A DNA stretch of 64,000 nucleotides from contig CDRNST010000382.1 in the NCBI GenBank assembly GCA_977016875.1, forward strand, positions 1,612,001 through 1,676,000, given 5' to 3'. A model generated the notes under the pieces. The model was not told the DNA's origin. It saw only the letters and a program-made list of their open reading frames with translations, and made no database searches. Below, piece by piece: positions 1 to 13,432 of this stretch. Source of the stretch: Pavona decussata. Its lineage: Eukaryota. A program made the position numbers and the translations under genes. How positions within the stretch are numbered: the first letter of the stretch is position 1; every line of letters starts with the position of its first letter.

Positions 1-3000
1 CCGGTTCGGCACATCCTCTAAACCTCCCACACCGAGACATGTCCGCAAGCCAGTGCATGCAGTGGAGGATTCCAAATTTGATGAATATGTTGCTTGTGTC
101 GACTTTAAGGTACAAGTCTGTGCTGTGGAAAATCCTGATCATAAAGACAAACTTCTTGCGGTAATGGCATTAAATGGTCATCGAGTCCTATTCCAACTGG
201 ACACTGGTGCGACAGTGAACATCTTACCTGCAGAATCTTTCAAAGAAGTATATGGTGAAGGCAGTCTATCCCTGCTTGACAATACAGAAGTAACTCTTGT
301 TATGTACAACAAAACTGAGAAGCCGATTGGCAAGAAACGTGTCCAAGTTGTGAACCCCAGAATTAGAAGAAAATACAGTGTGGAATTCGTAGTTGTAAAA
401 GGGAAAGGCAAGCCTCTGCTTGGTTCACAAGCCAGTGAGCAAATGCAACTCATCTCTGTGGTCCGACAAAACATCATGCCTATTCAATCTGAAAAACCAT
501 CACAGAGCAAAACACCACTTTAAACAGAATCTATTCTCAAATAATATACCGATGTCTTCAGAGGAGATCTCCACCTAGGAATTGACCTGAATGTACCACC
601 AGTTCAACTCCCAACAAGAAAGGTGCCAATCGCCATTAAGAAAAGCTAAAAGAGAAACTGGATCATTTGGAAGGCCTTAATATCATCACACCAGTAAATG
701 CTCCTACCTCCTGGATATCAGAAACTGTCTTCACCTTGAAGAAAATGGCAATGTCCGACTGTGTGTGGACCCCAAATCACTTAACCAAGCCCTTTAATGA
801 AATCACTACCCGCTGCCGAGAATCGAGGATGTCCTTCCTGAGCTCTCAAACGCGAGATGCTTTACTGTGTTAGATGCCAAAAATGGGTTTTAGCTACGCA
901 ACTACATTTGGCACTCCATGGGGAAGATACAGATGGCTCCGAATGCCATTCGGCATCTCACCGGCCCCTGAAGAATTCCAGCGAAGACTGGATCAGGCAT
1001 TAGCAGGGTTGAATGGGTGCAAGGTAATCGCTGATGACATCTTTGTATTTGGATGTGGTGCTAACCATGAGGAAGCAGTTAGAGACCATGATGAAAAACT
1101 TATTGCACTCCTTCAACGCTGCCGAGATAAAGATGTGAAGCTTAATACGGGAAAGCTGCAGCTAAGACTCAAGAAAGCCGTGTACATTGGCCATGTGCTC
1201 TCCCCTGATGGGTTACAACCGGACCCTGAAAAAGTCAAGGCAATCGGAGAGATGCCAACACCAACTGACAAACAGAGCATCCAACGCCTCTTAGGTATGA
1301 CTATCTACCTACAGAAGTTTTCCCCGAGACTTTTAGAGGTCATGACTCCCCTACGCAAGCTCACCAAACACGACAACGAATTCCTATGGGATGAGCAGGT
1401 TCATGGTGTAGCCCTGGAAGAGACAAAGAAGATCCTTTCTACAACTCCAGTCCAAAGATACTTTGATCTAGGTGCCATACCCACACTTCAGTGTGATGCC
1501 TGCATGCATGGTCTGGGAGCATGTCTAATGCAAGATGGACACCCGGTTGCTTATGCATCCAGGTCCCTGACCCCCACAGAGGTCCAGTATGCGCAAATTG
1601 AAAAAGAGTTACTGGCCATAGTATTCGGAATGGAGAAGTTTGAAACCTACCTGTATGGCAGGAAAGTGCTGGTTAAATTTGACTTCAAGCCTCTGGAAGC
1701 TATTTTCAAGAAAAGCCTCTTAAATGCACCCAAAAGGCTACAACGAATGCTCCTTAGACTCCAACGCTACGAGTTTGGAGTTTCTTACAAAAAGGGAACC
1801 TCCTTCTTATGGCGCACCTGTTGCTTAGGGAAGCCACTGAGGATCAGGAAGACGTCATGACAGTTTCAGAAACAAGGTCTTCAAAAGAGATAGAAGCAGA
1901 GCAAGTAAACATGCTAGAGTATCTTCCCATGAAAGATGAAACGCTCTGCCAGATTCAAAACCTTACTTAAGAAGATGCCATCCTCAAGACTCTCCCCGGC
2001 ATCATCAAACAATGCTGGCCAGAAAGTAAGCTCCATCTCCCGTTCAAGACCACTTTCCTTTCAAAGAAGAGCTTATACTCCAAAATGGAGTTATTTTCAA
2101 AAGAGACCACGTGAGAACTGAGCTCAAAAGAAGGCTACACTCCAGTCATCTGGGAGTACAGGCATACCAGAGACGAGCAAAGGAAGCTTTCTACTGGCCT
2201 GGTATGTACAAATAGATTGAAGAATATGTCTCCAAGTGTCAAGTCTGCAACACATACCACCAAAGGCAGCAGAGGGAGCCCATGATCTCACACCCAGTAC
2301 CATCAAGACCATGGGAAATCCTTGCTGTTGATCTCTTGGAGCTACAGGGCCAGGACTACCTTGTCACTACTGACTATTACTCAAACTTTTTTGAGGTCGA
2401 CAAGCTTGTAAGTAAGACATCCAAAGAAGTAATTGACAAGCTCAAGCCTCATATGGCCAGACATGGAATTCCGGACAAGATGGTAAGCAACAATGGCCCC
2501 CAGTTCAGCTCACAGGAATTTAAGAAGTTCAAAAAGATTTGTATGAGTTTGATCATGTCACAAGCTCTCCCACCTACCCGCAGTCAAATGGCAAGGCGGA
2601 AAACCCGTTAAAGGCTGTGCAGCGAGTCATGCTTAAGGCCTCAGAGGCTGGCAGTGACCCCTACTTAGGATTCCTTGACTTCCGCAACACCCCTTCAGAA
2701 GGATTGGGAACATCTCCAGCACAGCGCCTCTTTGGCTGACATACCAAAATACTCCTGCCTACCGCTGGCAGACTACTAACACGACCTGAATTTGACGCTA
2801 CTTCCCAGCTACTTCATGCCCAGAAGAACAAACAAACCTTCTATTACAACAATGGCACTAAAGAACTGCAGCCACTTAAACCAGGGAGCACCATTCGCAT
2901 TCATCCACCCAAGTATAGTCATTATTAGACCCATGCAACGGTTGACAAACAAGTTGGTGTGAGCTCATACCAAGTAATCACTGACGACAGAAGGGTGTAT

Positions 3001-3266
3001 CCCAGGAACCGCCGACACCTGCGTCCACAGCTGGAGTCCCAATACAATAACCTTCTGACATTGAGATGTCTAGCTCGGATCCTGGTCCCCTGCCCTTGAC
3101 TTAAGTAGAACAGGTACCACCTGTAGCTGAATCAATGCCCCAAGAGGTGGTCAAACCACAAGCAGCACCAAGCCCTCGAGCTGCTGACGTAACAAGTCCA
3201 GAAAGACGTAGTGCCCGGGGAAGAGTTTTGTGAAGACCAGCATACCTCAGTGACTATGCATGCTGA
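1..3266 (+). mobile_element. Degenerate Ty3/Gypsy LTR retrotransposon pol (protease, RT, RNase H, integrase), with frameshifts
   Basis: Protease motif LDTGATVN in ORF 53-523. RT motifs TPWGRYRWLRMPFG and IADDI and RNase H motifs CDAC and YAQIEKELLAI in ORF 874-1860. Integrase core (DYYSNFFE, NGPQF, YPQSNGKAE) at 2282-2739. PR-RT-RH-IN order with several frame breaks. The 5' end lies outside the window. Confidence 0.93.
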
Positions 3267-4570
3267 CACTTGTCCTATGCCGTTCATGTTCCCTGAACAA
3301 TATCGTCGAAAAATGCAATGGTGTCCCGTTCTGAGTGGAATAAACAAAACGTATCATCCACATAATGACGATAAAATAGAACCTCAGGGCCTTGATGTTA
3401 CAACTCCTGGGCAAACTGATAGGCATTCACAACAGTCTTTATTGCAGCACTGAGCATCTGCAGATTTTCATTACTTGGTGACAAAATAATTGTACCAACA
3501 AACTTTGGCATTTCCCAAGTGTAGAAGACATATTCTAGCTGGATATTTAGCGTGGCTGGCAATTTAACACCCATGTTATACTTCGTAAGTACCTGTCAAT
3601 TGTGCGTAAAACGCTGGTGTTTGAAATTGTGGTCCAGTATGAGTTTTTGATCTTTTCATTATATCAAAAACCTGTAGCAGGGCAGGCATAAAACGTCAGT
3701 AACTCCAAAAGCAACAGGTTACTCCCAACTTTTGTTCTGCATCGTTGACAAAGAAATCAACCTTTTAAATTGTGGGAATGTCATCCAATTACTACTGGGC
3801 ATTTTCTAACATGGCGGACCTCTTATTACTCATTCCCTAGTCCTCCACTTAACAAGGTGGCGGCTGAGCCAAATTTCCCACCCTGGGAACGTCCAGGATA
3901 TCAAATCCCCAAGCCACATGCGCTTCCCTAAGTCTTTCCTCTGGGTTCTCTCCCCTCCTTCATCCTGGGGCAAACCATTGATAGGGGCATAACTCAAATT
4001 TGAATTTTTTCTCTTTGATGTAAATTTCTTAATAATTAATCCAAATTGTGACGTCTCCCTTTCAGATAGCACAAAAAGTATTCTCATAAATTTTGGTTAT
4101 TTAAAATCCGAAACAGCCCTGTAGAAGGGAAACTTCATGTAAGATTCAAAATGGACCATAGAGGATTAGAAGAAGCATTTCTTCTCTATTGGAACCCCAA
4201 GAGGGTGCAAGAATACCATCTAATGGTGCTGTGTGAGTTGCCTGTACCTGTGAAGTTAGATCATAAATCTGGTATCACTGGTCTGCCCTTTACACCATAA
4301 CCAATTCATTAAGGAATGGATTAGTAAGCAAACCATCATTTATTGTATTTTTAACGATTAATGACTGGAGTACCTGTTTATAGATAAGGGTATTTACTCT
4401 TAATTAGTAATGTCTGTGAAACAGCATGCATATCCTTGGTTCTTAACCAATAGTGTGATAGAATTACTTTCAGGAACCATTACGAATTTACTTTTTGTAT
4501 CCTTGTAGGTGAATCATGCATGCCTTTTTTGATAACCACATTTTAGTTAAGGTCCATTTTGGTACATAAT

Positions 4571-4910
4571 GGGTGCATTCTATCATGTCAACATTTCTAG
4601 AAATTTCGGTCCAAATGTAAATGGATATTTCAGCCCAGGTGGAAAATTTTCTAGTCAAAGTGATTCACCTCCAGAGGTGGTCCTGTTTGATTGGTCAGTC
4701 CGGTCCGACCAAAATGGCTGTCACATTACAACAAATTCATGTTACAGTCCTTTTTTGCTGAGGAATGGTCAAAATTTTGCTTGAAATGTAAATGGATTGC
4801 TTGATTTGCCTGGAAACTTTGTTTCAATTACTGAAAATGGCATTCCATTTCCTCTGGTAATTCCACTGTTGTCTAACTGGTTGGTTTGGCAAAATGCATG
4901 GAAGGCACCC
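4571..4910. mobile_element. Non-autonomous TIR element (Harbinger-type MITE)
   Basis: Ends GGGTGCATTCTAT and ATGGAAGGCACCC form an 11/13 inverted match. Both flanks are AAT, a 3-bp duplication. Confidence 0.6.
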
Positions 4911-5421
4911 AATGTAGAGGTGTATTTCAAAGAAAATACAGTGTTTCCCAGACAAGGTTATGAAATAGATTGCTTTTGTTCGCAAGATAGGCAGCCTTTT
5001 TGCCTTCAAGTCATTTTGCTTCAGTGACGTTAAGCCCGTTCAATATTTGAGTTACTTAGCACACTTCGAATGTAATGATCCTCATTTACATGGAGTGAGA
5101 AGATCTGTGCGTAGGTTATATGTTAATCTTAACTTGAGGGAAGTGAGAAGGTCATTTCAATTTTAATTGATAACATCTTTTTTTGTTGTTAAATTGGCTT
5201 TTGAATTCATTGTCGGCACCTGTATGATTTCTGCATTTCTGGAAAAAGCGAAACGAAGAACTGGTGTGGTTTAACGCGCAAATCATTTATGTCACATCAA
5301 TAGACAATATTTCTGTCGTCATGGAAGGGAACCTATGTAAAAGAGTTCAGTAGTGTCATAAATATATGTTATTGCTATGTGTGTGACTCTTTTGTATTAG
5401 ATTATCAGCGTGACAAATGGG

Positions 5422-5593
5422 TGTTGTAACGTATTCGCTAGGACAGACAACAAAGCACCAGAACATCTAAACACAACGTTTTAATCTTGTAAGCCAAGTA
5501 TACATCAAGCGAAGCGGGCGAACACATTCAGGATCCCAGATGTAAACTTGACTGTATAAATTAACTAAACAAGCATAAATTAACATCGTTACA
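5422..5593 (-). mobile_element. Short LTR-like segment with an adjacent polypurine tract
   Basis: On the minus strand, GAAGGGAGA lies directly before TGTAACG...GTTACAACA (TG..CA ends with a short inverted repeat). No partner LTR is seen. Confidence 0.45.
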
Positions 5594-5689
5594 TCTCCCT
5601 TCGTTGTTCAAAAGAAGAAAGAATAAAGAAAGAGAAACTTAGATTGTTTCTTAACGTGTGAAGGGTATGTTCGTGTGTTGACTATTGAC

Positions 5690-7140
5690 GTTTGAGAAAG
5701 AAATTGATCATGTGTTGCCCTTTTTGGATGTCTTAATCGACAGCACCCTCCATGGTTCCATTGTCACTAGTAAGTACCTTCTGTAAGAAGACTTTCACGG
5801 GTCTGCTTACCAATGACCTCAGTTTCGCACCTCTGTCATATAAAATCGGTCTTATTAGGACATTAATTGACAGGGTTTTCAAAATAAACAATACTTGACT
5901 GGGTTTCCACAAAGATATAAAGCAATTAGTTTTCATTTTGCATAACAATCTTTTCCCCGTTAATCTCATCGATAAATCCATCTACCAATACTTTAACACA
6001 GCCATTAACCAAAATGGCTCCACTCAAACACCTCCTTCCTCCAATACTATTTCAAAGGGTAAACAATACTTTTACAAAATTACCTTATGTAGGCCGTTTT
6101 TCTACTGTAGCTCAAAGCAAAATTCACCATCGTGTTCATCGTTATTGTAATGATCTAGACATCAAATTACACATTCACTTGTGCTTGCTGTAATGCTTGC
6201 TGTATAGGCGAAACTGATCGCCATTTTTCCACACCAGTCCATGAAGATCTCTCTTATGACAAGTCCTCACACATCTATAAACACTTACAAAGCTCAGAAC
6301 GTTGTCGTCAATCTTGCTCCGCAGATTGTTTCGAAATCCTTGATTCCGCCCCAACTAAATATCAACTTCACTTAACCCATTGACCCCTCAAACACTTGTG
6401 CGTAACAACAACCAAATTTCCTGAAACACCCAGGACTGCCCGTCCAAAATGGCGGCTGGTGTTTCGCCTCTCTACCTCCCCCTGGTGGTTGTTTCGTTAT
6501 TTTGTTGTCACGGAGATCAAGAGATGGTTAACCAATCAAATGCCATCTTTTGCGCATTTTTTTACAGGTCATGTCAAGCACCATGAGGTCGCTAATTTTT
6601 TCATCGCGTGAGGTAATTGAAAATTGCAAGAAAATGGCGAATGCGTTCGAAATTGATGCGGATGCAGCGACGATTTTTGGGGACTCAGGGGATGAAGAAA
6701 GCTTTGATAAGTTTGGGGAGGGAGGATCTAGTAGCGACAATAATTTGGATTTGGATTCATATTATATTATTATTTATTCATATTTAGAGCTCACTGCGCA
6801 TAAAACACAAAAAAAATAATTTGATTTGTGCTTTTCTCCCTGTCCTATGTGTCCATGCATCATGAGATAAAACTTTTACACTTCCTGGCAGCAAAATTCC
6901 TCCTCTTTCGGATCAGCTTTGCTTTCAAACCTGATCCCGTCTATAGTGCTACTCCACATATGGTTTATTTCAAGCGTTTGGATCATGCAGTCTTTACTCC
7001 AAAATTTCTAGGAAATTAGCACAATGTCACGCGTCACGCTCTGAGGGGGCAATGGGTTAAGGAGGCTATGTATATAAATTGGGAAAGCCCAATTTAAATC
7101 AACATATTCATCATGTCAACCTGGCACTTGCGCTTTAACC
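5690..7140 (+). mobile_element. Penelope-like retroelement remnant (RT C-terminus and GIY-YIG endonuclease), split by the 6376-7056 insertion
   Basis: Translated pieces include LPFLDVLI, KKTFTGLLTN..SFAPLSYKIGLIRTLIDR and IGETDRHF..SHIYKHL..CFEILDSA. KYQLHL|KEAMYINW joins across the TTAA insertion site. Confidence 0.8.
6376..7056 (+). mobile_element. piggyBac-like internally deleted element (MITE)
   Basis: TTAA at 6372-6375 and 7057-7060. TIRs CCCATTGACCCCTCA and TGAGGGGGCAATGGG match 14/15. Removing the element restores the Penelope reading frame. Confidence 0.88.
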
Positions 7141-7800
7141 TTTATTTTCTTTCCAACACTTTGTTACTCACTCAAATACGTTCTCTACTTTTGTCACTTA
7201 ATCATAATTAATTATGCATGTTCTGCCTCGTTGTTATATAGTCCTTACGGTTTTTCAAATATTCTGTAACTGACGATGATGTTTGGTACATCGAAACATG
7301 TCTTCCTAATCTTCCTAAAAATTACAATTTGCTTTATGCTCTCTCGACCTAGTGGGAATTTGATTCAAAATGGAGACCCAAGGGCGCTCCCACACCTATT
7401 TGAATAATTGTTTTCCATTAGCTGAGAAAACAATAGGGATTGTCACATAACAATGCCCCATCCCTGAAAATAATTAAAAAGCAGCTTAAGGGGGCCAGAG
7501 AAATAAGAGGTTTAAAAGGGTGCACGTCTACTGAAGGGCACCCAAGGGTGGACAAACTGACATTTGAAAACCTGAAAATGTCAACTTTCCAGTCTGCTAA
7601 TCCTGCCCCCACCGCCAACCCCAATCCTCCATTAAACCATTGATAGGGATAGGGGCATTATTGCTTGAAATTCAAGGCATCCTTGTTCAAGATATGGAAC
7701 TTTTAAAATGCAGAAATTGAATGATGCACAGTGAAACCGTTGCAAAGTCCCATTATCATGATAAAAGCACCCACCAATCAATAATAAAGTAGATGATCTC

Positions 7801-8129
7801 TGAGAATGATGATTATTCAAGAAAGTGACGCAGGCATACTCGGAAAAAAAGAAATCTGAGTGCTCCTATCAGGAGTAGAAGCTAAGACCTTCCGATTACT
7901 AGTTCGGATGCTCTACCACTGAGCTACAGGAGACTCGTGGGAGCTAAGGCCATTAAACTAGGTTCATGGGACAAACATCCTGCATACTGCTAGGATTTGA
8001 ATGTCGAACGTGTGGTATATGAAAGAAATGTGATGGTATATTTCCAGCCTGGTGAATGAATGAGAATGATGATTATTCAAGAAAGTGACGCAGGCATACT
8101 CGGAAAAAAGAAATCCGAGTGCTCCTATC
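7801..8129. repeat. About 70-bp direct repeat (7801-7870 and 8061-8129), equal to about 1.3 units of a 260-bp tRNA-containing repeat
   Basis: TGAGAATGATGATTATTCAAGAAAGTGACGCAGGCATACTCGG...GAGTGCTCCTATC occurs twice, 260 bp apart. Confidence 0.85.
7861..7933 (-). pseudogene. tRNA-Thr(AGT)-like sequence (pseudogene or SINE/satellite head)
   Basis: 73 nt. A-box TAGCTCAGTGGTAGAGC, anticodon arm TCCGA-ACTAGTAA-TCGGA, acceptor-like CTCCTG/TAGGAG. The T-arm is degenerate. Confidence 0.6.
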
Positions 8130-8870
8130 TCTTTTCCTTTTTCCCCCACGTTCTTCACTGTCGTCGTAATGATCACGTACACATCCATGTGCCTCATTGT
8201 AGATGTCGGCTTTCTCCTTGAAACTTACCTTCCATATCAAAAAAATTTCAACCTCGAATTTGTGCAGCAGATTCATGTCTAAAGCCGTTTTCCCTGTCAA
8301 CAAGAAATACTCTTGTTTTTCCCAGTCTTCACCGTATATTTGTTGTCTTCAAATGTGTAATATCCATAGTCAATTTGCAATACTCATTACATTACACTTT
8401 TGGCACATGACAGCCATGAAAGTACCACGACCTTGTGGTAAACAACAACATTCACAGCTTTCAGGAATTTGGCAACCAACACTTTCCCACACAAACGACA
8501 CCACTCTCTCTAGGATTTTAAAACAACTCCAAGCCCATACTTTCCGTCTTTTAGAGATGACCCATGCAGTTCTGCCCACAACGTTTCCTTGTTCTTCACA
8601 CTATAAAATGACAGAAGATTACCTGTCATGGCAGTCAACGGTTCACTAGTCATATCCCTCTCCAAGGTTTCTTCGTTGCCATTTGTAGCAAACTCATACA
8701 AACGGTTTGTAAATTCAGACAATGTTCGTGGAATGTTTTTTACAAAATACAACGCCCTCCATATTACTGAAATTTGTAACAGCTCGCAGCAATCAACCGA
8801 GCATTTTTTTAACTGAAACTCACTTTACAATCCAGATGATGATAGAACACTGACATCAAATTCCCGTTAC
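8130..8870 (-). pseudogene. Degenerate Cys-rich transposon-associated ORF (possibly CxC5/KDZ-like)
   Basis: MCQKC...EDWEKQEYFLLTGKTALDMNLL..SFKEKADIYNEAH resembles CxC5-type regions. Recognised from pattern only. Confidence 0.3.
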
Positions 8871-10695
8871 CATGGAAACCGTCACCTTCATTATACCTCC
8901 AGTTGCTGCACGTGTTCAACAACAAATCGCCTTGAGAAAGAATTGTAATTTGGACATGGACAACCCTAACTGTTTGATTTTAGCCCTCGGGAAACCCCTT
9001 TGCCCAGAACTGATGAAAACCAAATCAACGTTCCAAGAAGTTGCAAAGAAGGAATTTCAAGCCATTCAGCAAACATGCAAGCATGTTAGAAGTATAGTTT
9101 ACCCTTCTTTAGATGAAGAATGTCAAGATGGTACTAGTAACGTCACTTTTCCCAGCCTTTCTTATGTTAAAAAGAGAACTGGAACATTTTAATACACTGC
9201 CAGAGTACTAGTAGTAGTTCCGCCTACTGAATTTCTTGGAGAAAAAGAAGAATGACAAATAACTGACTGGCTTCAAAAAGACAAAGGAAACTTCCTTCGT
9301 TAAAAAAATCATTCTTCTGTCAGGCACATCTCCGCAGAAGAGACAAAAGAAATAAAATAATGATGAGGATGAGATTTTAAAGGAAATAGCAGGGATGGAG
9401 TACGAAGAAGAACTGCCAAATTTCGACTTGAAATTGGACTTGACATTTGATGAGTAAGAATGTATTGCAACACCCATGACAAGGACCCAGGGCTACATGC
9501 AACATTTCTTTTATTTGGACACCTAGTTTACTAATTGGACATTTTTGTAAAAAAATGTTTATGCGTTTTCAGTTTACTTCAATGTTTTCACCGATATTAC
9601 TTGGTGTAATAATTTGTCAAGATAATCGTGTTTGGCTCGTAAATAGAGTAGAGTAATTCTTCCCAAACCGCTTTTTTCAATCACCTTTCATTGTTGCCAG
9701 CTTTACAAAAATAATGAACTGATAACCGAACATAAGGTTCTAAGTTCTTACAACTTTTCAGTAAACAAAGGAAACTTTTATTCATTGCTATCAATATTAT
9801 CAGTAGGCTTAAATAGTCCGCCTACAAAAATAATTTACCACAACAAAATGATAACAGGCAAAATGTCAAGATTATTTCATTTTTGTTAATCCTTAGTCCT
9901 AGTTTCTGGCAGGTTTAAAAATTCAAGGTTTAAGTTAATGATAGAAATTCAAATCTCGGGACGATTGTATCTAATCAAGCAATTAACCTTCGTGACAAGA
10001 GTGATAAAAGCATGAAATTTGGCACATAAATTGCTTATGCCCTACCAAATGAAATTAGAAGGGGTGCCCAAGTCAATCTGCTCAGGTGTTCGTTTTAAGG
10101 GGATACGTTCCATGTGATGTAAATATGCTTTATTGGCTAAAAGCTCAGAAACGCTTACCAAATAAGCTTTTCACCTGTTATCTATGTATTTTTGGTTTTC
10201 TAATTCATTTTTGTGAATATTTGGAAAAAACTGACCCTTTAATTAGCAGAATTCGAAAACCAGACACAAAGGCTTGGACCCATGCCACTCTCGGAAGAAG
10301 GCGACCTGTGTGTCAATCTGTTGTGTCTGTAAGTATCCGAAAAAAATGTGATCAATTCTTTGCAAAAATCTTGGATTTGGTGAAATTATATGTAAAAATA
10401 AAAATTAATATATTTGTTTATCTAATAGAATGGATTTAAGCCCGGTTTGAGTAGCTTATCTTGGAATTATCGTTGTCATTTCAATCCTTTTGTTCGAGTT
10501 CTCTGAGTACATCATTGCTGATCTGAAAGTGAAACATCTGTAGGTACCGTGCACCAACTGTTTGGTGTTTATCTGACTTCTTTGTTTAAGTACAACAAGA
10601 AGTACGTTTGACGGCTTTTGGTTCAAACAGTTTATTCTAAGAATCATGGAAATTTTGGAAAATTGTGATAAAAGAAATAGTAGTTCAGTAGTTAA

Positions 10696-12068
10696 ACACG
10701 GAGCGATCCTATAAGACCAGGCCGAACGGTTCAGACTGTCAATCAAAAATCCAAAACGCGCGTATCGGATTGGTTGATTACCAAAAATCTTATTTTAGCA
10801 CGTTCAAGTTCCCGCAACCTCAATTCGAAAGGACGTGACGGGTTGGCGGAAAAGCTGTTTTAGTTCGAATTATTTTGTTCAAAATCAATCCAACGAATAT
10901 GGCTACAGGAGAAGAATTTAGAAAGTTAAGTTATCCGTCTATTTTGAGATCGGAAATTCATTTATCGGCTGGTAAAATCTTATCCTTTCGAGATATTTCC
11001 GAAATGATTAGGATAAAGTTCGTAAACAAACTCTGTCTCGAAATAGGTTGTTCTTCTGAAACCGGCTTCCGAGATGGAATCACTTCGATCCTTTGTGTCG
11101 TTTAGTGGGGGAGAGATAAGTAAAGACACAAAGTCGCGGAAACGAAGCCTAAAAGAAACAACGGAGCGGGAAACGGAGGAGAAAAGTGAAGTGTCTCAAG
11201 CGGCGAGCGATCGCACACAAGATGACGGAGCTGATAATCCTTTTGAAGCCGGCCTCTCTATTGCTTACTGTATATAATAAAACTTAGAATATATTTGGTA
11301 CTGGCTAATTTTAATAATGATGTGAGAGCCATTGCCATTATCATTTCATCCATAAGATACATGAGAGCAACATCGGGTCGTGTTTTGTTTATATCTTTGG
11401 TGATTTTTCGAATTAGCAAATTATTCAAATATGCATGATCAGGTACGAAATGTGTTTAGATGTTTTTATTTTTTGACTTGTGCATAAAAGTTTAGAATTT
11501 ATTGCTGCCACTTCCAGCGGATTAGTAGAGTTAGTTTTCACGTACGTGATCGATAGATACACAAGCGGTAATAAACTTGAACCCGACATGACAACTCGAG
11601 CGGCCGTTTAGCAGAAAACATCTGCTAAATTTTGGAAATCCTGCCAGTTTTGGCGAACAACACAAACTCGTTTTGCTTATCGGCATGTTCAGATGGAAGG
11701 ATGCAGATGTCCAGTTCGTCGCAGGCTTCAGTTTATAATGGTTTCGATCTTTGTACTGTGTATTTGGTAGAAGGATTTCGAATTTCGAGGTAAGTTTCAT
11801 ATAATCTTTCGATTGCGGCAACGAAACTTGATTATTTCCATTATTATCGTTAATCTCGCTAATTTCTGGTGTTTTACAAGATATATAGTTAGCGTTTAGC
11901 GTATTTTTATTGATAAATCGATTCCCTCTTCGATTTTACAAACGATAGTTCTTCTCTCTTTTTTCCTCGACCGTTACCGACGTCATCCACCATTATACTG
12001 ATCCGTTTGGAAGCCAACAAAGCGCTTCAAAGGGGCGTGTCCTTCCCTTTTATAGGATCGCTCCGTGT
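10696..12068. mobile_element. Non-autonomous DNA transposon with perfect TIRs and TTAA flanks
   Basis: ACACGGAGCGATCCTATAA at 10696 has an exact inverse ending at 12068. TTAA lies at 10692-10695 and 12069-12072. No transposase is recognisable inside. Confidence 0.8.
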
Positions 12069-12110
12069 TTAACTTTGAATCGCATTTTTCGTCTAGGAGT
12101 TTTAACTGCA

Positions 12111-13070
12111 ATGTCACTTGATTGGAAAAAAGTGCATCATTTGTCAGGAGACTACAAAGGAGGCATTGAAGTGTCCGTTAAACGGTCATGGTCCACCTGA
12201 ACCTAACCAGCAAACGTACGTGGCCTTTCTACAAAACATCAACAGAATGCCTTTGTCTCAATGCAAAATATCATTTGAAATGCCTTATCTCGTTAAAAAA
12301 TCGGTATAGATTACTCTATTCACAGAAGGCGCAAGATTCAAGTGATAGGGCGGATGAAGATGCCGAAACTCAGGCAAGGGCTGCAACGATTGTTAAAGGA
12401 AAGATATTTTTGCTCACAAAGGCTTCAATTTTTCTGGACGCTTTCCATTGGACTTCCAATCCAAATGTTCACCATCTAGTTTGACATCCCTTGTTTCTAT
12501 GATTATCAACGGACTTGACATTAAGGATCAAAAGAAGTCTGAAAGTCAAGCATGTCTAACTATTTGTGAGATGATTATTTTCAATACTAAGAAGAGGTCC
12601 TGCAAGACCAAAACTGACCAAACTCGCCATTCTGCATCTTGTGAGCCACCTCTACCTCTCTACATTGATCTAAGCATACACAGCACGACCAGAAGACACT
12701 CATTGAAAAGATGTATCAATTGGGCATTACTGTTTCCTACGATCGCATCATGCAAATAGAAGACTGGCTTGCCAGCACTTCAGGGAAGACAGATGTGTAT
12801 CTCCCGCTTGTTTAGAAAAGGAATATTTTCTGTAGGTGCGCTTGACAACCTGGATCATAATCCCAGTTCTACGACATCAGTCTCCTCATTCCATGGAAAT
12901 GGCATCAGCATATTCCAGTTTCCAACGGAAAGTGAACCTGGTCAAAGTAGGCCCCCACTAGTAATTCCGCCGTCTGTAGCAGAACACAAAGGACTGCCAG
13001 AAAGCTATGTAACCGTCCCTGCAGTTGCATTAACCACAAGTTCAGTTTCCGTACCAGCCTGCAACACTAC
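12111..13070 (+). pseudogene. Academ transposase remnant
   Basis: N-terminal DWKKCIICQE..LKCP. Motifs EPPLPLYI and GALDNLDHNPSSTTSVSSFHGNGISIFQ are typical of Academ. Frameshifted and cut off by a LINE tail at about 13073. Confidence 0.8.
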
Positions 13071-13072
13071 AC

Positions 13073-13420
13073 CAATACAATACAATACAATACAACATTT
13101 ATTTTGCCATATACAACATTTACAGATGGAAACAAAATGAAGAACATTGATGAAAGAAAGTAAATGGCGAGAAAAACAGAGAGAAACCACGAGGCTTATA
13201 ACAAGTCAGGCTTCAGCACTTAAGATAACTAATCTTATATTAGAATTACAATATGGACTTATGGTAATTAACTTTGACCGCGCACACGTACGCACTCACA
13301 CACGCACACACATATTAAGTAAGTTATTTATATTATTGCAATTTAGCTTGGGCTGGTACCTATACGTCAAACCTTCAAAGAATTGTAACCTTACAGAAAC
13401 GTGTGTTAAGAATAGTAAGC
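13073..13420 (-). mobile_element. 3' UTR and tail of an L2/CR1-group LINE
   Basis: On the minus strand, AATAAA is followed by an (ATTGT)n tail. Its 5' part resembles the sequence after the stop codon of the adjacent plus-strand copy. Confidence 0.5.
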
Positions 13421-13432
13421 AATTCTACAAAC

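Noticed and set aside
7861-7933. Functional tRNA gene
   Set aside because: The T-arm/B-box is degenerate, the acceptor end is mismatched, and it sits in a repeat.
9971-10690. Academ left terminus
   Set aside because: The position fits, but there is no partner TIR in the window to confirm it.
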